64,000 bases of DNA, taken from IMG/VR virus record IMGVR_UViG_3300044922_000175, positions 32,001 through 96,000 of that record; one strand, 5' to 3'. Under the pieces are notes generated by a model. The model was not told where the DNA came from and made no database searches. It worked only from the letters and a program-made list of their open reading frames with translations. The stretch comes from a virus. Shown here piece after piece: positions 45,244-54,300 of the stretch (position 1 is its first letter; every line of letters starts with the position of its first letter). A program made the position numbers and the translations under genes.

Positions 45244-46782
45244 TTAGTTAATTATAAAGGAATTAAGGTTGCTTATTGGAGGACAACTGCCTGAACCAAC
45301 AACGGTAGTTTGTTTAGGACAAACTTTGCTAACTACATTTACTCCAGATGCTACATCAATAATTGAAATTTCTACCTTGTAGGTTCCAACTGTAAGACCT
45401 TGAAGTGTACCACTAATAGTTCCACCATATGTATTTGCAATGTTAGTAGTAGTTTCTGAAAGCAATGCATCAGCATTAGTATACAATTTGATTCTGTATT
45501 TCTTAGTAGAGCTAGACGAGTAAACGTTATTAAAGCTATAACTAAGAGTATAGGTTGTTCCAGATAAAGCAGAAGATAATGATAATGTAGGACAACTAAT
45601 ATTAGAGGTAACGTTGTAGGTTAAAGTATTCTGACAAACCAAACCTTGGTTATCAGTGAAACAATAAGCAATAGCTACTTGATAAGAACCAGACAAATCT
45701 AACTGAGTGCTAGACAAGTTCAAATCATAATAGTTAGTACCACCAATTAAGTTAGCAATATTAGGGAAGTTGTAGGTCTCAGTAAAAGGAATATTACTTA
45801 CTGGAGATGCTACAGATAATGTAATAGTTGATCCTGGTGTAGGACATTGTACAAAACCTGAAGGAATTACACTAGTGCCGGTTAACCGTACACGTAAGTT
45901 TGTACTAGATGTCATATCTAATAAGAAACCTAAATCAATATCAGCACAAGTTTTAGTGCAACATGCTTTTAATGACTCAATTTCATTACGTAAATCACAG
46001 ATTGTAATCCAAAGATTATTTACGCTATCTGCTACAGTAGATACAGTAGTCTTCCATCTATCTGAATAAGCACTTGCCATAGTACCAGTAGTACTTAAAG
46101 CAGGCTCATTAGAGATATCACAGTAAGGAACAATGCTGGCTGATAATAAAGCCGGAGTTCCAACAACTGATTGTAGATCACAAAGCTTCTGTTCAATAGT
46201 AGAAACAATTGTAGTCAATGGTGCAGAACCACTACTTAAACAAACGTAAGTAGAATTCTTAGGTGCATAGTTTGTACTTAAAGAAGAAAGGGTGTTATTA
46301 ATAGTTGTAATAGAATTACTATTACTAACTACACTAGATTGTAAAGTAGTAACTGTTGTTTCTAATGTACAAAGCCTAGTTCCTAATAACTGGGCATATG
46401 ATACAACACCTAATGTTGCACCACCAGCGGCTGCTTGCAAACAAGCTGCTACTGAACAAGTTAAATTAGCTGCAGCAGGAATACTAATAGCACTAATCTG
46501 TGATTGTAAACTACAAATTTTAGTTACTAAAGCTTGTATTAAAGCTGTAGAACTAGCTGGTGTAGAACCTAAACTAAGACATGATAAGTTTAAAGTTGCA
46601 ATATCAATACAGCAATCAGTTAAAATATCACATAACTGTTCACCCAGTTTTGCAACTACTTCACTTACTGTATCTCCTTTACAAAGACTTAAACAAGGAA
46701 TGTTAGGACCTTGCCAGATAACGCAGTTAGATGATACCTCTGAACATCCTGTGCTTTTATAATTTGAACCTACGGGAAGCAT
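45244..46782 (-). CDS. Cys-rich coiled-coil/Ig-like virion protein
   Basis: About 25 Cys in 512 aa. Heptad segments (LETTVTTLQSSV) and a beta-rich C-terminus. Confidence 0.55.
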   Translation of the reverse strand: MLPVGSNYKSTGCSEVSSNCVIWQGPNIPCLSLCKGDTVSEVVAKLGEQLCDILTDCCIDIATLNLSCLSLGSTPASSTALIQALVTKICSLQSQISAISIPAAANLTCSVAACLQAAAGGATLGVVSYAQLLGTRLCTLETTVTTLQSSVVSNSNSITTINNTLSSLSTNYAPKNSTYVCLSSGSAPLTTIVSTIEQKLCDLQSVVGTPALLSASIVPYCDISNEPALSTTGTMASAYSDRWKTTVSTVADSVNNLWITICDLRNEIESLKACCTKTCADIDLGFLLDMTSSTNLRVRLTGTSVIPSGFVQCPTPGSTITLSVASPVSNIPFTETYNFPNIANLIGGTNYYDLNLSSTQLDLSGSYQVAIAYCFTDNQGLVCQNTLTYNVTSNISCPTLSLSSALSGTTYTLSYSFNNVYSSSSTKKYRIKLYTNADALLSETTTNIANTYGGTISGTLQGLTVGTYKVEISIIDVASGVNVVSKVCPKQTTVVGSGSCPPISNLNSFIIN

Positions 46783-46808
46783 TTTTTATAAATATAAGAG
46801 TACACGAC

Positions 46809-46829
46809 TATAGTGTACACTATAATATA
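46809..46829. promoter_or_regulatory. 16-bp perfect palindrome overlapping a TATATTAT promoter-like octamer
   Basis: TATAGTGTACACTATA at 46809-46824. Octamer at 46822-46829. Confidence 0.5.
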
Positions 46830-46845
46830 AACAATTAATCACTAA

Positions 46846-46875
46846 TAAAAAAGACCCCCGAAGGAGTCTTTTTAT
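46846..46875 (-). terminator. Intrinsic terminator with UUCG tetraloop
   Basis: Minus strand AGACTCC-TTCG-GGGGTCT followed by a T-run. A/T runs on both sides. Confidence 0.8.
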
Positions 46876-46897
46876 TAAAATTAAAAATAATTAGAGA

Positions 46898-47179
46898 TTA
46901 CTCTACTACAGACATAGTAGGTTCTGCAGGAGCTTCAGCAGCAATGTGCTCAAAGGTATCCAAATTGATCTGACCTTTACCGTAGTTAGCTTCAATAGAT
47001 TGGAAGAACTCATTCTGTTCTTTTACTACTTCAGCCATTGCTTCCTTTACTTTTTCTTTTACAGAAAGCAAGTCATTCATTTGAAGTTCGATCTTACCCA
47101 AATCCATAATTACGTTTTGAGTCTTTTGTTGGAAGCCTTTGATTGCTTCGATCTCTTGTTCGTTTAATTTAGTTGCCAT
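46898..47179 (-). CDS. Small acidic coiled-coil protein (possible tail-fibre assembly factor)
   Basis: 93 aa with a heptad pattern. Has its own promoter and terminator. Confidence 0.5.
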   Translation of the reverse strand: MATKLNEQEIEAIKGFQQKTQNVIMDLGKIELQMNDLLSVKEKVKEAMAEVVKEQNEFFQSIEANYGKGQINLDTFEHIAAEAPAEPTMSVVE

Positions 47180-47204
47180 GATTTATATGTTTAGTTGGTT
47201 TATG

Positions 47205-47237
47205 CAAATATAATGCTTTTTTGTAGAATCTGCCAAA
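47205..47237 (-). promoter_or_regulatory. Consensus Bacteroidota promoter
   Basis: TTTG-N21-TATATTTG, an exact match to the -33/-7 consensus. Confidence 0.8.
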
Positions 47238-47744
47238 TTAGCAGTCTTCTACTTTAGCAGCAGTAAATAAGCTGACAAGTTTTGCTTTCAAGTGGGTATA
47301 ACCGAATGCAAAAATGTCAACACCTTCTGCAGAAGATAAATCAGGAACAGTCAAAGTAACAGTGTACTCTTCAGTAACTTCTTCAGTTACGTACTCTTGT
47401 ACAGTGTACTCTTCTGATACTTCTTCACCTGCTTCATTAGTGATAGTACGAGTCTTAACTACGTCTTTCTGTACAGGCTGCATCATAGTGCGAGTCTTAG
47501 TCTCTTCAACTTGCTTAGTCAAAGGAATAGACAAGTACTCACCGATTTGTTGGTTACGTGCTTGACCTCCGTCAATAGGAGCCATAGCGTTAGGAGAAGC
47601 TACTGCATCTGCAGCGCTCATGAACAATTGAATACGGAAGTTAGCGTTACCACTCTTAGAGATTTGGTAGTCAGCAATACGTACGTAAGCTTCATTGGTA
47701 ATACCTTTATCGGTACCAATGCTTTTTGTGATTTTAAGTGCCAT
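47238..47744 (-). CDS. Hypothetical tail-fibre-associated protein
   Basis: 168-aa ORF with biased codon usage and an internal Glu/Thr/Val-rich hairpin. Confidence 0.5.
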   Translation of the reverse strand: MALKITKSIGTDKGITNEAYVRIADYQISKSGNANFRIQLFMSAADAVASPNAMAPIDGGQARNQQIGEYLSIPLTKQVEETKTRTMMQPVQKDVVKTRTITNEAGEEVSEEYTVQEYVTEEVTEEYTVTLTVPDLSSAEGVDIFAFGYTHLKAKLVSLFTAAKVEDC

Positions 47745-47780
47745 TGTTGTAAAATTATAATTTTAGATTTGTATACATAA

Positions 47781-47812
47781 CAAATATACTAAATAAAGTT
47801 TAGTTTGTCAAG
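47781..47812 (-). promoter_or_regulatory. Bacteroidota promoter
   Basis: CTTG-N20-TATATTTG upstream of the ATG at 47744. Confidence 0.65.
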
Positions 47813-48147
47813 TTACTTAAGGGGTTGTCTTTCCTGTTCCACTCATCTGTAGCTAGCAGTTCTAAAATTTCTTCATGAGTGTACTCTTGCATACCCTCCT
47901 GATAAACATTAGGTCTACCGTATACACCTGCAGGAATAGTTACAATTAAAGTTTCTCCTGTCTCAGAGTTAACAGTCTCTACTTGACTCTCTTGAGTTTC
48001 TACAAGATTATACTTAATAAAGGTTTTTGTACCATCTACAGAATACCTTAAAGTCTCTAAAGAGTTCTCTAGTATCTCGTCAAAGTTAATGTTTTCTACT
48101 TCTGTAGCTGGAATGACTAGCCATCTACGATTTATAAAATGTGTCAT
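47800..48147 (-). CDS. Hypothetical protein
   Basis: 115-aa acidic ORF, 2 nt downstream of the LamG gene. Confidence 0.55.
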   Translation of the reverse strand: MTHFINRRWLVIPATEVENINFDEILENSLETLRYSVDGTKTFIKYNLVETQESQVETVNSETGETLIVTIPAGVYGRPNVYQEGMQEYTHEEILELLATDEWNRKDNPLSNLTN

Positions 48148-48149
48148 AG

Positions 48150-49436
48150 TTAAATAATGTTATATCTTGTTTTATAGTGTCTAAAGTTTTGTAATACTTC
48201 TGAATCTAAAAGTATCTTATTGTATTGTTTAAATACTCCTATCTCTCCGTTAAACTGGGAAGGTGCACCACCATACCATTGCTGAGATATTGGATCATGG
48301 CCTAAGTACCATTTCTGTGTTGAAGATGCAGCAATATTAGATCCTTCAGTATCATTTGTAATATTAGCTTCTAATACTCCATCAGTATAAATTTTCATTT
48401 GTTTGGTAACGTTGTTGTAGGTAAAAACAACATGATGCCAGTTACCATCAGTTATTATCTTAGATCCTTGTGGATCTGATGATCCCCAACCATGCCACTG
48501 TGCTCTATTATTTTCAATACCTAACCAAAATCTTTCATAGTAAGTAATAGAAGAAGCATTTGTCATAACAGCTATAGGCATCATAGATCCTCCGTAAGTT
48601 TTAAAAACCATCTCAAAACTTCTAGTATTGGATGCATACACTAGTGGATTCTCTATAACTACATGCGAGTTAGTACCATCAAACTCTAATTGCATATTAC
48701 TACCAAATGGTGTATTAACTACCGTTACAGATGTACTATTACCTGTAAGATCCAGTATCGACTGAGTTGCAGTTCTACTAGCCAAAGGTAAAAACATTTG
48801 TCTAGGGTCCTGTATTTCTGTTCCCTTTACAAGATTTACAGCAGCTAAAGAAACTTTATCAGAAACTCCATATTGATAGTACCACATTCCAGGATAAAAT
48901 GTACTAGTGTTTGCTGCTGTTGTTAAGTAGTTCCACGCAAAATACCAACCATCTCCTAGATGTGTTCTTTGTGCTTCAGTATGTACACCGTATTCAGTAA
49001 CGTATCCAGAAGGACCATACTGATAATGGTACATAAAGTTTGGATGAGTGTAACCAGACTGAGTCTTATATATAATAGAATAAGTATAAGTAGTTGAAGC
49101 TTCAATAGGTACACCCCAGTCACCGTATCTCCATAGTGAAGGACAACAATAACAGTAATCTGCACAACCACAACAGTTATAATCATTTCTAATTAAAACA
49201 AACTGAACAGTTTTTTCCCCAAGTTGAGGAATATAAGCTTGTTCTTGTCCTACTTGAGTAAAAAAACTTTGACCATTTGCATAGTTTACTAAGTTAGCAT
49301 TGCCTCCCCATTGAACAGGTGTACCAAGAATATTTGTTCCTGGTTTACCTTTATAGCAATTAAGCATATCTTTAGTATCAATAGATAATACTAAAGAATC
49401 TCTTACTATCTGACCGTATCCTTGTGTTACTCCCAT
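48150..49436 (-). CDS. LamG/ConA-like lectin domain protein
   Basis: LEFDGTNSHV, WHHVVFTY...KIYTDG, FNGEIGVFKQYNKILLDSEVLQNF. Inserted beta-sandwich/CBM-like domain. Confidence 0.8.
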   Translation of the reverse strand: MGVTQGYGQIVRDSLVLSIDTKDMLNCYKGKPGTNILGTPVQWGGNANLVNYANGQSFFTQVGQEQAYIPQLGEKTVQFVLIRNDYNCCGCADYCYCCPSLWRYGDWGVPIEASTTYTYSIIYKTQSGYTHPNFMYHYQYGPSGYVTEYGVHTEAQRTHLGDGWYFAWNYLTTAANTSTFYPGMWYYQYGVSDKVSLAAVNLVKGTEIQDPRQMFLPLASRTATQSILDLTGNSTSVTVVNTPFGSNMQLEFDGTNSHVVIENPLVYASNTRSFEMVFKTYGGSMMPIAVMTNASSITYYERFWLGIENNRAQWHGWGSSDPQGSKIITDGNWHHVVFTYNNVTKQMKIYTDGVLEANITNDTEGSNIAASSTQKWYLGHDPISQQWYGGAPSQFNGEIGVFKQYNKILLDSEVLQNFRHYKTRYNII

Positions 49437-49438
49437 CT

Positions 49439-50569
49439 TTAAATGCTATGTTGTGTTTTAAGTGCGTTAAAATTTTCTTGTACTTCTGAAGCTAAAAGAA
49501 CTCTATTATATACTTTAAGTACAGGAAGAGTCATTGGAAAGTTTTCTCCAGGAGTTCCTCCAATGTAATGATTGACTTGGGTAGTATTTAAGCCTCCTGA
49601 ATCTTTTCTGTTTCCATCTACTGTCCTAACAAGCACTCCATTTTTATAACACTTAAACTCTCCTGTCCCTGCCTCATGGGTAAATACAAAGTGAATTGTT
49701 TCATTAGCAGGAGCAGAATAGTATATACCAGTTGTATATCCCCAAGCAGAGTCCCCATAGTTTCCACTATTATTAACTCTTCGTAGAAAATATAAAAGAT
49801 CTCCAGCCCAATCTCCCCTCATAAATATTGTAAATCCTATTCCTCCTACACCATACAATAGATACCTAGACCCAATCAAATTATGAGTATGTCTAAAAAC
49901 AAACTCTACAGTACAACTATCTGTAGGATAAAATCCTGAAGAAAGTGTTAAGTAGTCATCTGTTCCATCAAACACTATCTGACCTGAAGAGTCATAAGAA
50001 AGATTTGTAAGAGTGATTGTAGTATTACCTGTCAAGTCTTTTAAAGATTCTGTTGTAGATCTAGTTCCTGCTGTAAATGGACTAACATATGGGCCTGCCT
50101 CTATCTGAACATTTCTAACTGTTGGATTTCTTCCTGTGCCATAAATAGTGTAAGTAGCAAGCATTGCTCTGTTATCTCCAGGAGTATTTGCTTGCCAAGT
50201 AGCGTCTGGACCAGAAGGCGTAATATTAGGAAATACAAAACGTTGCCACTCTGTTGTTAAAGTTACCCATTGACCTACAAATCCATACTTAGTATATGAA
50301 CCATTCTGCATATAAACAAGACAGTCTCCAAAAATATTACCCTTCATTTCCATAGAAAGAGTATAAGGTATTAAACCATATGTTTCAAAAATTGGGACAA
50401 GATTATAATATTGACCAAACTCACCTCTAGACATAACCTCTGCAGGATTTCCTATTGTAGATATATAATTTACAATAGGCTTGCCTAAATAAGAATTCTT
50501 AATGTCCTTTGTGTTAAAAGAGAATGTTAAACCTTGTTTAACTGTTTTAGGTCCTACTTTAGTTGGCAT
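49439..50569 (-). CDS. LamG/ConA-like lectin domain protein with CBM-like insert
   Basis: IVFDGTDDY, IHFVFT...YKNGVL, LKVYNRVLLASEVQENF. EWQRF...RNVQIEAG CBM-like insert. Confidence 0.8.
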   Translation of the reverse strand: MPTKVGPKTVKQGLTFSFNTKDIKNSYLGKPIVNYISTIGNPAEVMSRGEFGQYYNLVPIFETYGLIPYTLSMEMKGNIFGDCLVYMQNGSYTKYGFVGQWVTLTTEWQRFVFPNITPSGPDATWQANTPGDNRAMLATYTIYGTGRNPTVRNVQIEAGPYVSPFTAGTRSTTESLKDLTGNTTITLTNLSYDSSGQIVFDGTDDYLTLSSGFYPTDSCTVEFVFRHTHNLIGSRYLLYGVGGIGFTIFMRGDWAGDLLYFLRRVNNSGNYGDSAWGYTTGIYYSAPANETIHFVFTHEAGTGEFKCYKNGVLVRTVDGNRKDSGGLNTTQVNHYIGGTPGENFPMTLPVLKVYNRVLLASEVQENFNALKTQHSI

Positions 50570-50583
50570 TGCTTTAGTTGTAT

Positions 50584-51300
50584 TTATACACCATACCGAC
50601 TACGGTACATGTTAAAAGTCTGTTGTACTTTAGCTAAATCATGTGCTTCAAAATAAATCATAAACACACCAATATAACCATTAAAAAATCTCCATCCCCA
50701 CAAAGAACCTAAAACTCCTTGGTTACCTCCTCCAAAATACTGTCCTGTACCAGTATCAGCAGTTAAAGTTCCATTCAAACTATCATTTAAATATAGATTC
50801 ATAGTAGTAGAACTGTTTCTAACCCATGCAATCTGAGACCAAGTATTCAAAGGAACAGAAGAACCTGTACTAACATACTCCCTCCATTCGGTGTAGTATT
50901 GGTAAACCCCAATCTTTCCACCCGCTATCTCATATCCTAAATTCACAGGTCCACCACTATAGTGTGAAAATATTCCTCCCGTAGAAGATATGGGGTATAC
51001 CCAAGCATAGACGGTACAAATTTCAGGTAAACCTAAAGGATTATATGTATTAGCTCCTAAATCATATCTAATCTGATCATTACTACCATCAAAGAAAAAT
51101 GATCCTGCACCAAGAGAAGAAAACTCAGCACCATTTGTTAAGTTAGCAGTAGCGTTAATAGAATTATAAGCTGAGTTTACAACAAGATTACTAGCAGAGG
51201 TACTACCGTTATAGGATTTTCCTAACACGGGATCTAAGTAGTATTCACGATTTAAAACAATTCCTGGAATTTTAGGACCATGATGTAGTGCCATATACAA
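50584..51300 (-). CDS. LamG/ConA-like lectin domain protein (true start probably ATG at 51294)
   Basis: FFFDGSNDQI, WSQIAW...LYLND, FFNGYIG...VQQTFN. The track start at 51300 is a TTG. Confidence 0.78.
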   Translation of the reverse strand: MYMALHHGPKIPGIVLNREYYLDPVLGKSYNGSTSASNLVVNSAYNSINATANLTNGAEFSSLGAGSFFFDGSNDQIRYDLGANTYNPLGLPEICTVYAWVYPISSTGGIFSHYSGGPVNLGYEIAGGKIGVYQYYTEWREYVSTGSSVPLNTWSQIAWVRNSSTTMNLYLNDSLNGTLTADTGTGQYFGGGNQGVLGSLWGWRFFNGYIGVFMIYFEAHDLAKVQQTFNMYRSRYGV

Positions 51301-51306
51301 ATATAA

Positions 51307-54300
51307 TTATTTATTTTCTAAGGCTTCTAAACGAGCAAGTAAACTATCTATAGTAGCCTGTTGTTCCTTCATTGCTTCTACCAACAGAGGGATAACTTTG
51401 TTGTAAGCCAAGTTTTTGTATCCATCTTCTTGAGTAGTAACTGCTTCTGGAAGTACTGCCTCAACATCTTGAGCAATAAGACCTACGTCATGTGTGCCTA
51501 CTTGCTCACCTGAGTTCCAATCAAATTCTACACCACGTAGAGACTTAATCTTGTCTACAGGAGTGCTAATAGGAGTGATGTTGTCCTTAAGTCTAGAATC
51601 TGAAGGTTGAACAATTGGGTAGTCAAAGTTAACAGTGTTTGCACCTCTAGGTACATACCACATTCTAGAGTCTGTACCATTCTCTGCTATACGTCTGAAC
51701 TCAATGTCTTGTCCACCTGCATCTCCAGTTAAGCGTATTTTAAGTGCTTTCCAACTGGTATCTGCTTGACCTCTTATCAAGAAGTAAGTCAAAGGATCTT
51801 GGTTGTAACCTACGTTACCATGAACCTCTAGACCTGTTCCGTTACCACCTACAATAGTACACAAGTTACCTTCCTGTTCTACTAATGTTTTCCAAGTACT
51901 CCAGTTACCATTCCATCCAGTTCTATAAGTACCTTTTCTAAAAATAGTACCAATGTTACCTGAGTTTTCTGGGAAGTACATTTGCAATAATGGACCACCA
52001 GTTTCTCCGTAAGATAAAGCTACACCATAGTCATAGGTAAGGTTAGGTCTGTTAGCTCCACTGTGTCCTAATGCGTTAGATACAATTAACTTACCACTTA
52101 CATAGTAACTGTTCCAGTCTTGTCCATAGATGTCACCAAACTTAGTAAGTTGTTGTGCTGTAGTAGCACTTCCTGCAGTACTAGCACTACCTGCGGTTGA
52201 AGCATAACTAACTGATTGGCTACCTATGTTTCCATTATGTACAAGTGTTCTCCAAGGTCCTACATCTCCAGGACTAATACTTCTAACAAAGAAGTCTGAT
52301 TTATTCCAGAAAGCAGTTGCTAATTGAAACTCATACTGGTTACTTGTTGCACTGTTGTAGTGAGAATTTACAATCAAATGATACCAATCACTTGTTGGCA
52401 TATTTGACATACCACTTCCGTCATAGAATCCAGAAGATAGTCCTCCAGCAGAGTTACCCCCAGTATGGTTAGTTGTTCTATAACCAAGTGCGTTTACTCC
52501 ATTACCTTTAACAAAGTATATTGAATCAGTTCCGTCAAATAGTTCTGAGTCCGCAGCTTTTCCTCCTGTAGTTAACCAGCCACCATAGTTACCCAAATCA
52601 TTACTAAATTGAGATAAAGCTGTTGGTCTTCCAGTTACCCCTGTCCATGCTACGTTAGTAGCTGTAGCAGCGTTACCTGATATAGATCCAGAAGAAGTAA
52701 TCCAACCACCATAGTTTCCTAGATCATTAGTGAACTGTGATAAGTTTGTAGGTCTGCTAGATACGTTAGTCCAAGCAACACTTCCTGCACTGCCTGTAAC
52801 ATTTATACCCCATGTACCACTTGCTCCACTGCCTGTCAATCCAGGAGCATAACTAGTGTAGTTACTACTATCTAGTACTGTTCTCCAAGCTTGCCAAGAT
52901 CCTGCATTTTTACCACGAATAGCAATCTGACCTGTTCTAAAGTCACCATAAATTTGGTGAATCCAAGCAGAACTATACGCAGAAGAATAAAGACCTCCAT
53001 CAGTTTGACCAAACAAACTTACACTTGTATTATAACCTATTTGGTTTTGTGTAACACTGTCAGGATTAATTCCATTGCTAGAAGAAGTTAAGGTTAAGCC
53101 TCCAACAGTGTTTGCACTACCTGAAGTTGCCGCATATGATACTGATTGTGAACCAATGTTTCCTGTATTAATTGCAGATGCAATCGGTTGAGCCCAAGAA
53201 GAATAGTTAGAAGAGTCAAGAATAGTTGCATCAGTGCCTCCATTTGCACCCTTGCCAATATACAACGTACCATTATCCCATCTGATTTGCCAACCATAAG
53301 AATTATTATGAAATCCAACAACTCTAGAATCTGTTGCAATCATCATAGTCACGTTTCCATTAGTACCAGAATTAAACTCAATACCTTGCCAGCCATTACG
53401 AGAACCTGTCATCTGCCAAGAACCATAACTTGCATCGTTAGGTCTTAAGTGGGCACCATTTGTTGGAGAGTACAATCCATAGATACCATTAAGTTGAATC
53501 CAACTTTCAGGAATAAAATAACCACTTGCATTTCTAGTAGGAATAGTATTAGCACTAGCTCCTACAGATACACTATAACCACCTACAGTTGAAGAGTTAC
53601 CCCCATTAGCTGGAGCAGATCCTGCTGTAGTGGCATAGCTTACCGATTGGCTTCCTATATTAGCAGTAGTAATTGCATCTGTAATTCCATAACCACTAAT
53701 TGTAGTTGGCTTAGATGAAACATTTGCAAATGAAATACCAGTTATGTATCCACTATTATTAGTAAACTGGGAAATGTTCATACTACTTAAAGAACCAGAA
53801 GTACTTGCGTAAGATACACTTTGAGACCCAATAGTAGCTGCTGTGATTACAATACTATTATTTACTAAAAGATCTTTATTAAAATAGAAATTAGGTCTAT
53901 CTGTATAAATATGAGCATGATTACTATTTGCAGGACCAAAGCTAATATTTCCTGAATCCGTTGTAAGACGCATTCCCCAATCTCCTGCCCCACTTAATGT
54001 TCCGTTATTGGTAGAAGTTCCAAAACGGATAGCATTCATTACAGAAGTAGAAGCAAAATCTCCATAGTACCCAGTATCATTAGAGTCATAAAAAATAGGT
54101 GCTCTTAATGAACTTCCAGCCTGTAAGCTATTGTTAACATATACATTACCTGCCCCAAGTGGGTCACTTCCATTATTAACAGACATGACTTGTGTAACCA
54201 TGTCATAGTCAGTATAAAATTTTATACCTTGATAGCCAGAATTTGCTCCTAATTTAATTCCTGTATGAAATGCAATCCTTAAATCAGGATAAGGATGATC

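Noticed and set aside
51298-51305. TATATTTG promoter-like site at the third LamG gene
   Set aside because: Only 3 nt from the likely ATG, in a very short gap, with no -33 element. Probably incidental.
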